Shown here piece after piece: positions 9,377 to 18,442 of a stretch of 64,000 bases of DNA (position 1 is its first letter; each line of letters starts with the position of its first letter). A program made the translations under genes and the position numbers. Origin of the DNA: a virus. Taxonomy: Duplodnaviria; Caudoviricetes. The stretch is from positions 64,001-128,000 of the IMG/VR virus record IMGVR_UViG_3300037249_000709. One strand, written 5' to 3'. A model generated the notes under the pieces. That model saw only the letters and a program-made list of their open reading frames with translations. It ran no database searches and was not told where the DNA came from.

Positions 9377-9405
9377 ATTTTATCATACTGTTAACAGTGC
9401 GTCAA
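9377..9405 (-). promoter_or_regulatory. sigma-A promoter of amidoligase gene
   Basis: TTGACG-17bp-TAAAAT with extended -10; ACTGTTAACAGT palindrome in spacer. Confidence 0.8.
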
Positions 9406-9686
9406 TATGAATTTTTAAAAATTTCGATTTTTTGGTGATATTCGTAACTTTTGCACAAATTATTATTTCTGATTTGTTGGGTTTTTATGTATATTTTCGT
9501 GATTTTAATTCTTTTTTAGAAATAAAAATCGGATAGAGCTGCACCAACTTTTGAAAATCGCCTATTGTATTATTATATTCTTATATAGGCAAATTTTGAA
9601 AATTTTTGCAAGCATTTATTTTCTTTTTGAGAATAAAGGGAATTGTTACATTTTGTAATTGTTGTTACATTTTTGAAGTGTGAATT

Positions 9687-9707
9687 TGAAAATGATTCTC
9701 ATTTTCA
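9687..9707. promoter_or_regulatory. Fur-box-like palindrome
   Basis: TGAAAATGA-TTC-TCATTTTCA; 15/19 match to GATAATGATAATCATTATC. Confidence 0.4.
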
Positions 9708-9900
9708 TTTTTGAAAATTTCGGCAATAATAAGCATACCGAAATATTTTCTCGAAATTCTATATTATAAAAAAATTCAATTTTGAAAAATCATCATTTTT
9801 TAAAAATAAAATGTTCGTTTTATTGCAATGCTATACAAAACTAAATAATCAAAAATAGGCGGCTTCAAGTCCGAAAAATGCACAATTACGGACTTGTACC

Positions 9901-10260
9901 CCTCAATTATTGGTACTTTAAATCACTAAAGCATTGACGGGGGTACTTTTACACTTTAACTCATTAAAGCGATGCGACTCATACCCCTGTGTGCTTCCCC
10001 TCACTCTTTGCTCAAAATTTCCCGAAAATTAAAAAAAGTTCAAAATTCTCAAATTCCCCTCAATAATTGAGGCATTACCGAAATTTATCTCGAAAATAAA
10101 AAAATCCTCAATTTATGAGAGTTTTCGTAAATTTCCCGAAATTCTTTTTGATTTTATAAGTCCTCAATTATTGGTAACTTTTTCGGTATTTTTTAAAATT
10201 ATAAAAATTCGTTAATCAATGCCGGACTTAGATATAAAAAAGTTCTCAATTTAAGGGAAC
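9901..10260. repeat. five CTCAATWWWTGRG-type operator-like palindromes
   Basis: copies at 9901, 10058, 10106, 10162 and 10242 (degenerate); sixth copy at 15643. Confidence 0.65.
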
Positions 10261-10398
10261 TTTAATTTATTAGCAATAACTATCAAATATATGTTTTAAC
10301 TAATATAACCCGAATTTTAATAGATTTTCGCGACTTAATATTAGCGAAATTTTATAGGATTTTTCTTTAAAAAAGACGATTTTTTAATAAACGAACTC

Positions 10399-10864
10399 AT
10401 ACTAATACATTATTACTATTATAATACTTATAAGAATCTTAATAGTATTAGTATGTTCTTTTAAGAATCTTATATTTATTATTATAGTAATTATAATAAT
10501 ACTATTACTATAATATATATAAGGAAGTGCAATTTCTTAACATTTTCATTGTGGGAGCTGCTACTTATATGCCGCAAAGTATTATTTATATTTCCCTATT
10601 GCTTTAAAATTGCCTACAAGCCTTTCTAAGCCACGATATATTTATGGGGTATAGTTTCACATCTTAATTGCATTTCGTTGAATACAGGGCATTCTGGGGC
10701 ATTTTAGAGCTATTTTTAGAAATCATCTTAGGTTTCACATTATAATACTAATACATTATTACTATTATTATCTTTATTAGAATCACAATAGTATTAGTAT
10801 TTAGATAGTGAGAATCCTATTACTATAATATATGATTAAGGAAATGCAGTTTCTTAACATTTTT
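10399..10864. repeat. imperfect duplication of a 120-150 bp AT-rich unit with internal inverted repeat
   Basis: 10399-10546 vs 10745-10864; each has ATACTAATAC...GTATTAGTAT and ends AAGGAAnTGCAnTTTCTTAACATTTT. Confidence 0.8.
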
Positions 10865-10887
10865 TGAAAACACACCCAAATAACTAC

Positions 10888-10916
10888 TTGACTAATTTTA
10901 ATTTTTATGGTATAAT
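10888..10916 (+). promoter_or_regulatory. sigma-A promoter for the RNA polymerase operon
   Basis: TTGACT-17bp-TATAAT with extended -10 TG. Confidence 0.8.
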
Positions 10917-10945
10917 TATAATAGGATAATATAAGAGGTGGTTTA

Positions 10946-11623
10946 GTGGAATTTGTTAAAGTGCCTCGAAGTTTAATTTATAATATTGGACTTGGCGACA
11001 AGAGGGTTATTGCTTATCTTTCAATCTTGTTCTCTGGGTGGGATGGCAAGAAGGTGTCAGACCTTGCCGCCTATTCCCTATATTCATCTTTTAGAGGAAC
11101 AGGAGGCGTGATAAGTAATTTTAAAATATTGGTTTCTAAATTGCTTTCTTTGGGCGTTCTTGCCAAAACCGAGAAAGGAATTTTTATAGCTCAAACTTGC
11201 GAACAGTTTGGTATAGTGTATCAATCAGAGTTTAATAAAATACTTGCATATAGAAAGGAATGTATGCAACTCGGCAAAAGAATAAACCACGCTCATCTCC
11301 TGCTTCTACTCGCTTATATCCGCCTGCATATGATACATATGCAAGGGCAGCCCTGCTTTTACTCTAATCTACTTGTCCGTATATCAGAAAGCACAGGCTT
11401 ATCCGTTCGTTCAATATCGGCTTGTTTAAATGTATTGGAGCAGTTGGAGATAGTACATAGTGAGGAACTTGCAAGATACCAAACCAAAGATGGTGTGTGG
11501 CATTCAAACGTAAGAATAATAGTAAATATGAAGATTCAAGGAAACATTAAATATGATTGGAAAAGTGAAGCACAAAGAGCAGCATTTTATATTCGTTCTT
11601 TAAGCAGACAAAATGGAGGATAA
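10946..11623 (+). CDS. winged-helix DNA-binding protein (possible replication initiator or regulator)
   Basis: LLVRISESTGLSVRSISACLNVLEQLEIV wHTH pattern. Confidence 0.55.
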   Translation: MEFVKVPRSLIYNIGLGDKRVIAYLSILFSGWDGKKVSDLAAYSLYSSFRGTGGVISNFKILVSKLLSLGVLAKTEKGIFIAQTCEQFGIVYQSEFNKILAYRKECMQLGKRINHAHLLLLLAYIRLHMIHMQGQPCFYSNLLVRISESTGLSVRSISACLNVLEQLEIVHSEELARYQTKDGVWHSNVRIIVNMKIQGNIKYDWKSEAQRAAFYIRSLSRQNGG

Positions 11624-11631
11624 ACATAATT

Positions 11632-11952
11632 ATGGATAAATTATATTCGCAAAAACTTGAACAAAGAGTTTTTAAAACACTATCAGATTCAGAGTGGCAA
11701 ACATATTTTCAAATATTAAAAATATTATCGTCGAGTTATATGCAGCATAGTTCATATTACGACAAAAGGTCGGATGATATTCGCAAACACGATTATTGTA
11801 CATTTATTGATAGTGTGCTTTGCTCTTTGAGAGGTGGCAAAACCGATTATTGCTATCACATATATCAAATCGTGGATTTGCTATATTTTGAAAAAGATAG
11901 GTTAAAAACTCGGTGGTTGCCAGAACATAAGTGTTTCGAGGTTTATTTTTAA
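11632..11952 (+). CDS. hypothetical protein
   Basis: ORF with GGAGG RBS. Confidence 0.65.
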   Translation: MDKLYSQKLEQRVFKTLSDSEWQTYFQILKILSSSYMQHSSYYDKRSDDIRKHDYCTFIDSVLCSLRGGKTDYCYHIYQIVDLLYFEKDRLKTRWLPEHKCFEVYF

Positions 11953-11957
11953 CCTGT

Positions 11958-11984
11958 AAGAAACAACGCAAGTAATTATATTAT
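11958..11984 (+). promoter_or_regulatory. conserved pre-RBS motif, copy 3, upstream of RNA polymerase
   Basis: AAGAAACAACGCAAGTAATTATATTAT, 2 mismatches to copy 1. Confidence 0.7.
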
Positions 11985-11999
11985 GTAGAGGATGGTTGA

Positions 12000-14741
12000 A
12001 TGGAGCAAAAAAAATGCTTGCGACTAATTTATAAAATACATAGCAAGCAACTAAAACAATCGAAATGGGAGTTAAACTTGCCTCTTGAAACGGCATTAAG
12101 CGACTGTCCGGAAGTTGTCGTGTCGATAAGCGATAACCAGATGCTAAGATTTATTGACGAGCTAAACGGTGTTGGGGATTTAGACAACCAAATCAAGTCG
12201 CTTCAAAGGAAAATAAAGGTTGAAAAGAAAAAGCCACGCAGCAAAGAAACAAAACTAAATATTAAGAGTTATTATAAAGAGTTATATTGCAAACAGTTTT
12301 TATCAGATTATGTTTGTGTGATTATGGATAGCAACAAAGACTATGACAGAGCTAATTTAGGATTCTCAATCAACGGGAAAAGATATAGGCGTTTTCTTGG
12401 AACTAATGGTGGTATTAAAAATTCAACCATTGTGTATGTTAATGCAGATTTATATGACGAGCTTAAAAGAAGATTGGATAACGGTCGCAATATGAATAAA
12501 TTACTCGTTCCAGCAAAGTTAGAAGCCTATCAAGCATTAGTATGTTCTGGTTCTACCCCTATCCCCCAACCTAACGGAATAATCGTGGTCAAAGATTGTA
12601 TTACTCACTTTCAAGAAGATGTAATACTGATAACAGATGAAGATGAGGGTGAACCTAAACTTACATATCAAAAAGGATATGATATTGAACACAATGATTC
12701 AGATGGATATGGTTTAATGTTGCCACAATATTCAACTCGTGTCAATGAATTTTTAACGGGTAATTCAACTCCATTATCGGGTATGAACACAAGGTATGCG
12801 TGGACTAAGGGTATGGTTTATACTTTTGATTTTGTTGAGTTTGCAGAAAAGATTGCAGGTACTTATGAGATAGAAGATGTCTGGGGTGACAAGCGAGATG
12901 TTCGGGATGCGGAAGTAATTCTGACAGAATCAATGTTGAAGCTGTGGAACTGCTATGATAGTTGGGAAGATTATTATGAGAACTGTCAAAAGAATCATTA
13001 TCAGTTTTCAACGCCAAAAATCACGCCAGAAGAATTAGAAAACAATCGTGATATGAACTATCAGTTCTTGCAAAGTTATGATTTCACTGATGATGATATT
13101 CGAGATATTTGCCAACCAACAATTAATGAAATTGATGATGTTGTTGGTATGGATTACCGAAAGACTTTGGCGTATCTAATGGGTTCAGGTGTGAATGAAG
13201 GAAATGTATGGATAGACAGAGAAGATTATATCAAGGCTTTAATGGTTGAACCTTCTCTAATTAACGATACATTCATTCGCAAAAAAATCTATTCAATGAT
13301 AAAAAAACGAATGGATTGTGCAAAAAAAGGTTCAATTAAAGTTGATGCAAACTTCGCTATGATTTCTGGCGACCCTTACGCATTAGCTCAAAATATGTTC
13401 GGGCTGCCTGTGAGCGGTTTATTAAGCAAGTGGGAAGTTTATCATAAGTATTGGATTGATAAGGGTGCAAATGAAATCGTTTGTTTTCGTGCGCCAATGA
13501 CTTGTCATAATAACATACGCAAAATGCAGCTACACAAGTCCGAACAGGCACAATATTGGTATAGGTATATGAATACTGTATTGATATATAATGCTTGGGA
13601 TTCTGCTTGTGAAGCAATGAATGGTGCAGATAAAGATGGTGACACAAATATGTGTAGTGACAATCCAATTCTTTTGGAGCGTACACAAAACTTGCCAACT
13701 ATAATTTGTATGCAGCGTTCGGCAACAAAGTGTGTGCCAACAGAGGAAGCTATAATAGCCGCTAACAAGCTGGCGTTCAATGACGATATTGGTGTTGTTA
13801 CAAACTATGTTACTTCAATGTTTGATGTACAGGCTAAATTTAAAAGGGGTACACCTGAGTATAATGAATTAGAAAAGAGGATAATGTGCGGGCAACATTT
13901 TCAGCAATTAACGATTGATAGAGCTAAAGGTATAATTGCAAAACCAATGCCTAAATATTGGTATAGTTTACGAGATGTAAAGAACACAGATGAAATTGAT
14001 AAAAATTTTAACGAGCGTATAGTTGCCGCATATAAACCATATTTTATGATTTATGTTTACCCGCACCTTAAACAAACATATAGCCAATATGAGAAAAATA
14101 GCAACAAAAAAGCAATTCGTTCATTCAGAAAGTATAAAATTGGAAGCGTTAAAGAGTTAAAGCAGTATGAGCCGAAAACCCACGAAATGGTAGATTTTTT
14201 ACATTATTACGAATTGAAGAAAAAGGTTAGCAATAATTCTTGCGTAGTTAATCGTATATGTGATGTGTTTGAAACAAAATATCCCAATTATAGCGCCATA
14301 AAAACTATTGGAACATCTTTTGACTACACTATATTGAAATGTGGCGTGGAGTATCTCAAACAGGATTATGATGAATTATCTAAACTGTTACAAGAATATC
14401 GCCACGAATATGATAGTTATAGGGAACAAGCTCGATATAGAAAGAATGAAGATGATAATGACACTTATTCACAAGAAAATTTTATTAACAGGTTCAAAAT
14501 GCGCAGTTTATTAATATGCAGCAACGAGCAAGAATTGTGTGATATTGTTTTAGACCTATGCTACAAGACAGATGGATTAAAACAATTTGCGTGGGATATT
14601 GCGGGCGATACAATAATTCAAAATTTACTTAAACGGAATAATTATACAATCACATATCCCGAATGTGTTGGAAATGAATTTGAATTTGGCGGAAAGACGT
14701 TTACAATGCAAACGATAAAATTGGAAGGTGAGAATGTATGA
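12000..14741 (+). CDS. YonO-like single-subunit double-psi-barrel RNA polymerase
   Basis: catalytic GADKDGD (DxDGD at 13629-13643), FRAP and SDGYG motifs; 913 aa; upstream of the morphogenesis cluster as in SPbeta. Confidence 0.85.
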   Translation: MEQKKCLRLIYKIHSKQLKQSKWELNLPLETALSDCPEVVVSISDNQMLRFIDELNGVGDLDNQIKSLQRKIKVEKKKPRSKETKLNIKSYYKELYCKQFLSDYVCVIMDSNKDYDRANLGFSINGKRYRRFLGTNGGIKNSTIVYVNADLYDELKRRLDNGRNMNKLLVPAKLEAYQALVCSGSTPIPQPNGIIVVKDCITHFQEDVILITDEDEGEPKLTYQKGYDIEHNDSDGYGLMLPQYSTRVNEFLTGNSTPLSGMNTRYAWTKGMVYTFDFVEFAEKIAGTYEIEDVWGDKRDVRDAEVILTESMLKLWNCYDSWEDYYENCQKNHYQFSTPKITPEELENNRDMNYQFLQSYDFTDDDIRDICQPTINEIDDVVGMDYRKTLAYLMGSGVNEGNVWIDREDYIKALMVEPSLINDTFIRKKIYSMIKKRMDCAKKGSIKVDANFAMISGDPYALAQNMFGLPVSGLLSKWEVYHKYWIDKGANEIVCFRAPMTCHNNIRKMQLHKSEQAQYWYRYMNTVLIYNAWDSACEAMNGADKDGDTNMCSDNPILLERTQNLPTIICMQRSATKCVPTEEAIIAANKLAFNDDIGVVTNYVTSMFDVQAKFKRGTPEYNELEKRIMCGQHFQQLTIDRAKGIIAKPMPKYWYSLRDVKNTDEIDKNFNERIVAAYKPYFMIYVYPHLKQTYSQYEKNSNKKAIRSFRKYKIGSVKELKQYEPKTHEMVDFLHYYELKKKVSNNSCVVNRICDVFETKYPNYSAIKTIGTSFDYTILKCGVEYLKQDYDELSKLLQEYRHEYDSYREQARYRKNEDDNDTYSQENFINRFKMRSLLICSNEQELCDIVLDLCYKTDGLKQFAWDIAGDTIIQNLLKRNNYTITYPECVGNEFEFGGKTFTMQTIKLEGENV

Positions 14742-15634
14742 TTATTTTAGATGAACGTAAATATGCAGAAGAATGTTTAGAAAGCGGCGAATTAGATAAA
14801 AAGCCTGCAATTACATTACATATACTTGCGAAATATCTTTACCATATCAAAGGTTTTAGAAAACGGAAAATATACTTATTCTTAATTGAATATATAGAGA
14901 ATAATTATCCGCGTTATAGTAAAAGCAAAAGTTCTTGGAACAAAAGTATTGAAAAAATAGCCACGAAAGCGGGCAAATTTCCTTTATACGAAACCCCAGA
15001 GATTTGGATAACTGAAGACGAGTTAAGAGCTATTGATGAGGTTCAACTAAGTAAAAATCACAAAACCATCGCGTTTACGCTTCTCTGTCTTGCAAAATTA
15101 AGAAATCTAAGAAATCCCAAAAATAACGGGTGGGTTAATAATAGTTCATCGGAGATTTTTAAATTAGCCCATATTGCCACCACATCATCTCGACAAGAAG
15201 AAATATTAGGAGACCTTCTAATACATGGTTTAATTGAGGCGGCGAAAAAGATAGATAATCTTAGCAACCGTGTAACTTTTATCGACAATAATAGTAAAAA
15301 AATACTCCAAGTTGACGATTTTCGAGAACTTGGTTATAAGTATCTTCAATATATTGGAGAAAATATAATATCGTGCCAAAACTGCGGCGTTTTAATTAGG
15401 GGCAATAAACACAACACGCGCAAGTATTGTTCTGGTTGTGTTTGTGGGGAATCCAAAGAATGGAAAACAGTCAGATGTATTGATTGTGGAACATCATTTG
15501 ATGTGCATCCCAAAAATAATAGAACGCATAGATGTGCAGAATGTCAAAAAAAATATCGAGCCAAATATCAAAAAACACTAATGAGAACAAAAAGAGCTGG
15601 AAATGTTAGCACAACAAATCAAAAACCAACTTAA
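14738..15634 (+). CDS. hypothetical protein with C-terminal zinc ribbons
   Basis: four CxxC pairs; ATGA overlap with the RNAP gene. Confidence 0.75.
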   Translation: MIILDERKYAEECLESGELDKKPAITLHILAKYLYHIKGFRKRKIYLFLIEYIENNYPRYSKSKSSWNKSIEKIATKAGKFPLYETPEIWITEDELRAIDEVQLSKNHKTIAFTLLCLAKLRNLRNPKNNGWVNNSSSEIFKLAHIATTSSRQEEILGDLLIHGLIEAAKKIDNLSNRVTFIDNNSKKILQVDDFRELGYKYLQYIGENIISCQNCGVLIRGNKHNTRKYCSGCVCGESKEWKTVRCIDCGTSFDVHPKNNRTHRCAECQKKYRAKYQKTLMRTKRAGNVSTTNQKPT

Positions 15635-15904
15635 AATTTTGCCCAATAATTGAGTTAAATTTCGGCACTTCAATTTTGTGTTATATGGTATATATAGTAA
15701 ACTCTATATTACTAAATTCTCATTTCTTTATCTTTCTCTTTTCTTTGTGGGGGCTGGTGTGGCAATAGTCACACCAGTTGCAAAGTTAAAGTCGGCTATC
15801 AAAATCTTCCTTCTATTTTGTTTTAATATATTTGGTAAAATAATAGATTTTGAAATTTCCGAACTGATTAGAATTTGAGAATGGTTTAACAAAAAATAGA
15901 TTAC

Positions 15905-15994
15905 AACGCAAAAATAGGACAAAGGATAGCTACCTCTTTTGTTGCTGCAACAACAAATTACTATTTTTGTGTTATAAATAACTTTTGCAGGAGG
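15905..15994 (+). ncRNA. candidate cis-regulatory RNA with RBS-proximal pseudoknot
   Basis: 13-bp stem 15905-15917/15961-15973; loop CTGCAA (15945-15950) complementary to TTGCAG (15985-15990) at the SD. Confidence 0.5.
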
Positions 15995-16001
15995 TATATT
16001 T

Positions 16002-16760
16002 ATGATTGGTATTTATAAATTCACAAACAAAGTTACAGGCGAATCCTATATAGGGCAAAGCACCAATATAAGAAGAAGATACTTGCAACACAAAAATAGA
16101 CATCAAACGCTTAAAGAATCAGGGAAAGCTATTGAAGATACATATTTTCATAGTATGTTAGAACACTATGGTTTTTCAAATTTTGATTTTGAAGTAATTG
16201 AAGAATGTAGTATTGATGAATTAAACGACAAAGAAATATATTATATATTATTATATCAGACACACTATCCCAAAGGCTACAACTTATCGGAGGGCGGGCA
16301 TTTGTCTGGTCATTTTAAATTAGACAAGGAAACTATTGATAAAATATATGAAGATTTAGAAAATTCTGAATTAACAGAACTACAAATTGCAGATAAGTAT
16401 TCTGTTCATCTTAACACTATTTGCCAAATTAACACTGGAAATGCAAGAATAGAAGAAGGCAGAGATTACCCTGTCAGAAAAATCGAAAAGGCTAAATATT
16501 ATTGCAAAAAATGTGGAGATAAATTATATAGCAAAACAAAAACAGGTTTATGTTTAAATTGCTATTGTGAAGAAAAAACATCTTATATTCCAAATAAAGA
16601 GACGTTATATAAACTTTTGTTACATAATTCATTTGTTGCAGTTGGGAAAAAGTACGGCGTTTCAGATGCGGCAGTTAGAAAATGGTGTGTAAAATATAAT
16701 ATTCCGAAGCATAGTTCTTACTATCGAGCATTAAGAATAGACAACACAAAAGTTGCATAG
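16002..16760 (+). CDS. GIY-YIG homing endonuclease-like protein
   Basis: GIYKFTN...YIGQS, GYN, C-terminal Zn finger and HTH. Confidence 0.9.
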   Translation: MIGIYKFTNKVTGESYIGQSTNIRRRYLQHKNRHQTLKESGKAIEDTYFHSMLEHYGFSNFDFEVIEECSIDELNDKEIYYILLYQTHYPKGYNLSEGGHLSGHFKLDKETIDKIYEDLENSELTELQIADKYSVHLNTICQINTGNARIEEGRDYPVRKIEKAKYYCKKCGDKLYSKTKTGLCLNCYCEEKTSYIPNKETLYKLLLHNSFVAVGKKYGVSDAAVRKWCVKYNIPKHSSYYRALRIDNTKVA

Positions 16761-16795
16761 CAAAATTAAAAACAATTTAAAGGTGGAGAAAAAAA

Positions 16796-16978
16796 TTGAA
16801 AGAAGTAAAGAAGCAGGAAATGAGTGTATTGGTAAATAATGGAGTTATTAAAAATACATCACAAGGATTTATTGATGGTAGAGGTTATCCAGTTGGATTT
16901 TATAGAACAAGGAACAAACGATATTTAGAGGATAGATATGTGGATATGGCTAAAAATCTTTTGCAAGAAAAGGCATAA
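16796..16978 (+). CDS. hypothetical protein
   Basis: TTG start with AAGGTGGAG RBS. Confidence 0.6.
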   Translation: MKEVKKQEMSVLVNNGVIKNTSQGFIDGRGYPVGFYRTRNKRYLEDRYVDMAKNLLQEKA

Positions 16979-16993
16979 AGAAAGGAAAGCCGT

Positions 16994-18433
16994 ATGAGCA
17001 AAAAGAAAATCAAAAACGATGGAATTTACTTTTTGGGCAAAGCATCAGATGATGTAACAGGTTCTCAATACTTAGTTAATTTTGGCGATTACAAAATTTT
17101 ATTAGAATGTGGACTCCATCAATCATCTCGAAACGATTATCTTGATAGTTACAAAATCAATTCCGAAAAATTCAAATTCAAACCGTCAGAAATCGACTAT
17201 GTGTTTGTCAATCACACTCACATAGACCACATTGGGTTGCTGCCGCGACTTGTAAAAGAAGGATTTAAAGGAAGAATTATAGCGACTCAAAAGACGGCAA
17301 TGGTTATGAAACCATTATTGCTTAATTCTTGTTTTATAGTGAATGAAGAATGTCGCATTATTTCAAGAAGATATAAAAGAGAATACAAACCATTGTATTC
17401 AGAGGAAGATGTTTATAGTACACTATCTCTTGTTGATGTTTATGATGAATACAAGCATATATATAAACTAAATGACAGTATTAAATTCCAATGGTTGCCA
17501 AATTCTCATTGCGTTGGCGCTGCGCAGTTGCAGCTTATTGTGTCCAATGCAGATAAAACAAGGAAAATACTTTATACATCAGACATTGGTGCATTAAAAT
17601 CAAAAAATCATTTTGTGCCAGATACATATATTCCCACGACCTTTAACGATGTTGTGATAATGGAATCAACATATGGGTTAAAGCGTGTAAATAAAAAAAC
17701 AAGAAAATTTGATGTTAAGCATTTGGAATCTGCAATAAACACCGTGTTAGAACGTAATGGGTCAGTCATTATGCCGTGTTTTAGTTTCAGCAGAACGCAA
17801 GAGTTATTAGTGGCTTTGTATAGCATATATGGTAAACGAGAAGATTTCACAACCGCAGTATGTGTAGACTCGAAATTAAGTTGTGACATTTGTTCTTTGT
17901 ATTTTAATCTTCTGCAAGATGAGGATTTAGAGTTATGGAAAGATATTATAAACTGGAAGAATCTCAGACTGATTACTGATAAAGAAGAGTCTCAAAAGAA
18001 TGTTAAGGATAGCACACCGAAAATCGTGTTATCATCTTCCGGCTTTTGTACTAATGGTAGAGTAATCAGTTACCTGAAAGAATATATTAGTGACTCCAAC
18101 AATATGGTGATATTTTCAGGATATAGCGGAGATAACCCGACCTATCTCTCCTATCGCATTAAGCATTACAAAGATTATAAAACCATAAGCATAAACAAAG
18201 ACAAATATCCAAATAACGCAGATTGTATAAGTCTATCAACATTTAGTTGTCATGCAGATTACAATGATTTGATTAAATATGGAAGCAATCTAAATACAAA
18301 TAAATTAGTATTGGTTCACGGAACAAAAGAGAGCAAAGAATGTTTGGCTGATGGACTCCGTGAAGCAATTTCCAAGAACGATAAAACATATCGAGTTTTA
18401 ACATCTGTAAAAGATATGAGAATCAGCTTGTAG
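16994..18433 (+). CDS. MBL-fold beta-CASP nuclease
   Basis: HTHIDHIG, SHCVGA, MESTYG, FSCHAD and LVHG motifs. Confidence 0.9.
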   Translation: MSKKKIKNDGIYFLGKASDDVTGSQYLVNFGDYKILLECGLHQSSRNDYLDSYKINSEKFKFKPSEIDYVFVNHTHIDHIGLLPRLVKEGFKGRIIATQKTAMVMKPLLLNSCFIVNEECRIISRRYKREYKPLYSEEDVYSTLSLVDVYDEYKHIYKLNDSIKFQWLPNSHCVGAAQLQLIVSNADKTRKILYTSDIGALKSKNHFVPDTYIPTTFNDVVIMESTYGLKRVNKKTRKFDVKHLESAINTVLERNGSVIMPCFSFSRTQELLVALYSIYGKREDFTTAVCVDSKLSCDICSLYFNLLQDEDLELWKDIINWKNLRLITDKEESQKNVKDSTPKIVLSSSGFCTNGRVISYLKEYISDSNNMVIFSGYSGDNPTYLSYRIKHYKDYKTISINKDKYPNNADCISLSTFSCHADYNDLIKYGSNLNTNKLVLVHGTKESKECLADGLREAISKNDKTYRVLTSVKDMRISL

Positions 18434-18442
18434 GAGGAACAA

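Noticed and set aside
12000-14741. Eukaryote-type RNA-dependent RNA polymerase
   Set aside because: It shares the DxDGD fold, but the context matches DNA-dependent YonO
15740-15800. tRNA in the GC-rich hairpin CTGGTGTG/CACACCAG
   Set aside because: No cloverleaf or T-loop consensus; just a single hairpin
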